This document shows, piece by piece, positions 63,340-64,000 of a stretch of DNA of 64,000 bases. This stretch comes from an uncultured virus (IMG/VR IMGVR_UViG_3300009509_000003) (Duplodnaviria; Heunggongvirae; Uroviricota; Caudoviricetes): the IMG/VR virus record IMGVR_UViG_3300009509_000003. One strand, 5' to 3'. The stretch's first letter is position 1; each line of letters begins with the position of its first letter. Below the pieces are notes generated by a model. It had not been told where the DNA came from and searched no databases. It worked only from the letters and a program-made list of their open reading frames with translations. Made by a program: the position numbers and the translations under genes.

Positions 63340-64000
63340 CAGTCCGTAGACGAATCGGCCGTGGTCGACGAGTCCGACACGTTGACAGAGTCACCCGTGG
63401 TGATGTTGTCCACAGCGTTCATGTCCCCGTCGAGAGCGCTCGTATAGGCGACCTTCTCTTCCGCCGAGAAGTCCAGCGACACCCCGCGAGCAGCCTTGCG
63501 CCGCGTGCCGACTACCGCTGCGCTCGCGGCGTAGTAGGCGTGCTGCATCCCCTGCGGCTGGTCCGATACCTGGCCGACGAACATGTAATGGTGGTTCATG
63601 TCGACCACCTTCTGGCCGCCCAGGAAGGCGTCCAAGCCCTTTCCCAAGAAGACGAAGGTCCACTTGTAGGCGTCGGCCTGATGCTTGATCATCTCTTCGA
63701 GACGACCGTTCTTGTACTCGTCGGAAGAAGAGTTTTCCTCGCCATCGGTGAGGATGACGACGGTGACGCTTCCCGGGCGCTTGTCTTCGGGCGTCTTCGC
63801 CAGTCGCGCGCCCACGGCGTCGATGGTCTTGCCCACGGCGTCGTAGAGTGCCGTCATGCCCATCGGCTGGTAGGTGGTGTGATCGAGCGGTTTCATCTCC
63901 TCGATGGGAATGCCGTTGTGCACGATCTCGTACTCGGTGTTGAACTGGCAGTACGTGAGAAGGCACTTCCCCGCGTCGGCCTCTTGCTGGTCCTTCAGGA
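63339..64000 (-). CDS. VWA-domain protein (5' end outside the window)
   Basis: GMTALYDAVG, VVILTDGEENSS, WTFVFLG; frame open to the window edge. Confidence 0.8.
   Translation of the reverse strand, partial: LKDQQEADAGKCLLTYCQFNTEYEIVHNGIPIEEMKPLDHTTYQPMGMTALYDAVGKTIDAVGARLAKTPEDKRPGSVTVVILTDGEENSSSDEYKNGRLEEMIKHQADAYKWTFVFLGKGLDAFLGGQKVVDMNHHYMFVGQVSDQPQGMQHAYYAASAAVVGTRRKAARGVSLDFSAEEKVAYTSALDGDMNAVDNITTGDSVNVSDSSTTADSSTD

Overview
This window is a fragment of a large, GC-rich bacteriophage (or prophage-like) genome. It has densely packed short genes, mostly on the minus strand, and no housekeeping operons. All calls were made by eye, without database searches. (1) 0.5-15.4 kb holds accessory genes: a matrixin-like protease, a MoxR-type AAA+ with a VWA partner, a KH protein, a family-4 UDG, a class II aldolase-like protein and peptide deformylase. 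(2) 15.9-29.1 kb is a plus-strand RNA island. It has 43 tRNA genes covering all 20 amino acids, a Ro60/TROVE gene with 11 Y-RNA-like elements, two mimics of the 23S rRNA L11-binding domain, an SRP helix-8 mimic, other structured RNAs, six HNH genes and a candidate CxxU selenoprotein with a SECIS-like hairpin. (3) 29-50 kb holds small genes, a CoaD-like/Ser-Thr kinase/VWA cassette and a DNA methyltransferase. It also holds the most striking element: a Cas7/RAMP-like gene, an accessory gene and an array of 12 GGCA-(GGN-NN)n units. In two units the variable dinucleotides, read as codon positions 1-2, spell SF2 helicase motif I (VTTGTGSGKS; GKTEAALFPVL). This suggests an RNA-guided, wobble-skipping DNA-targeting system. 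(4) 50-64 kb holds a non-coding origin/terminus-like region, a polarised GAGTTTTCC motif, three genes sharing a leader peptide and a Tad1-like anti-defence protein.
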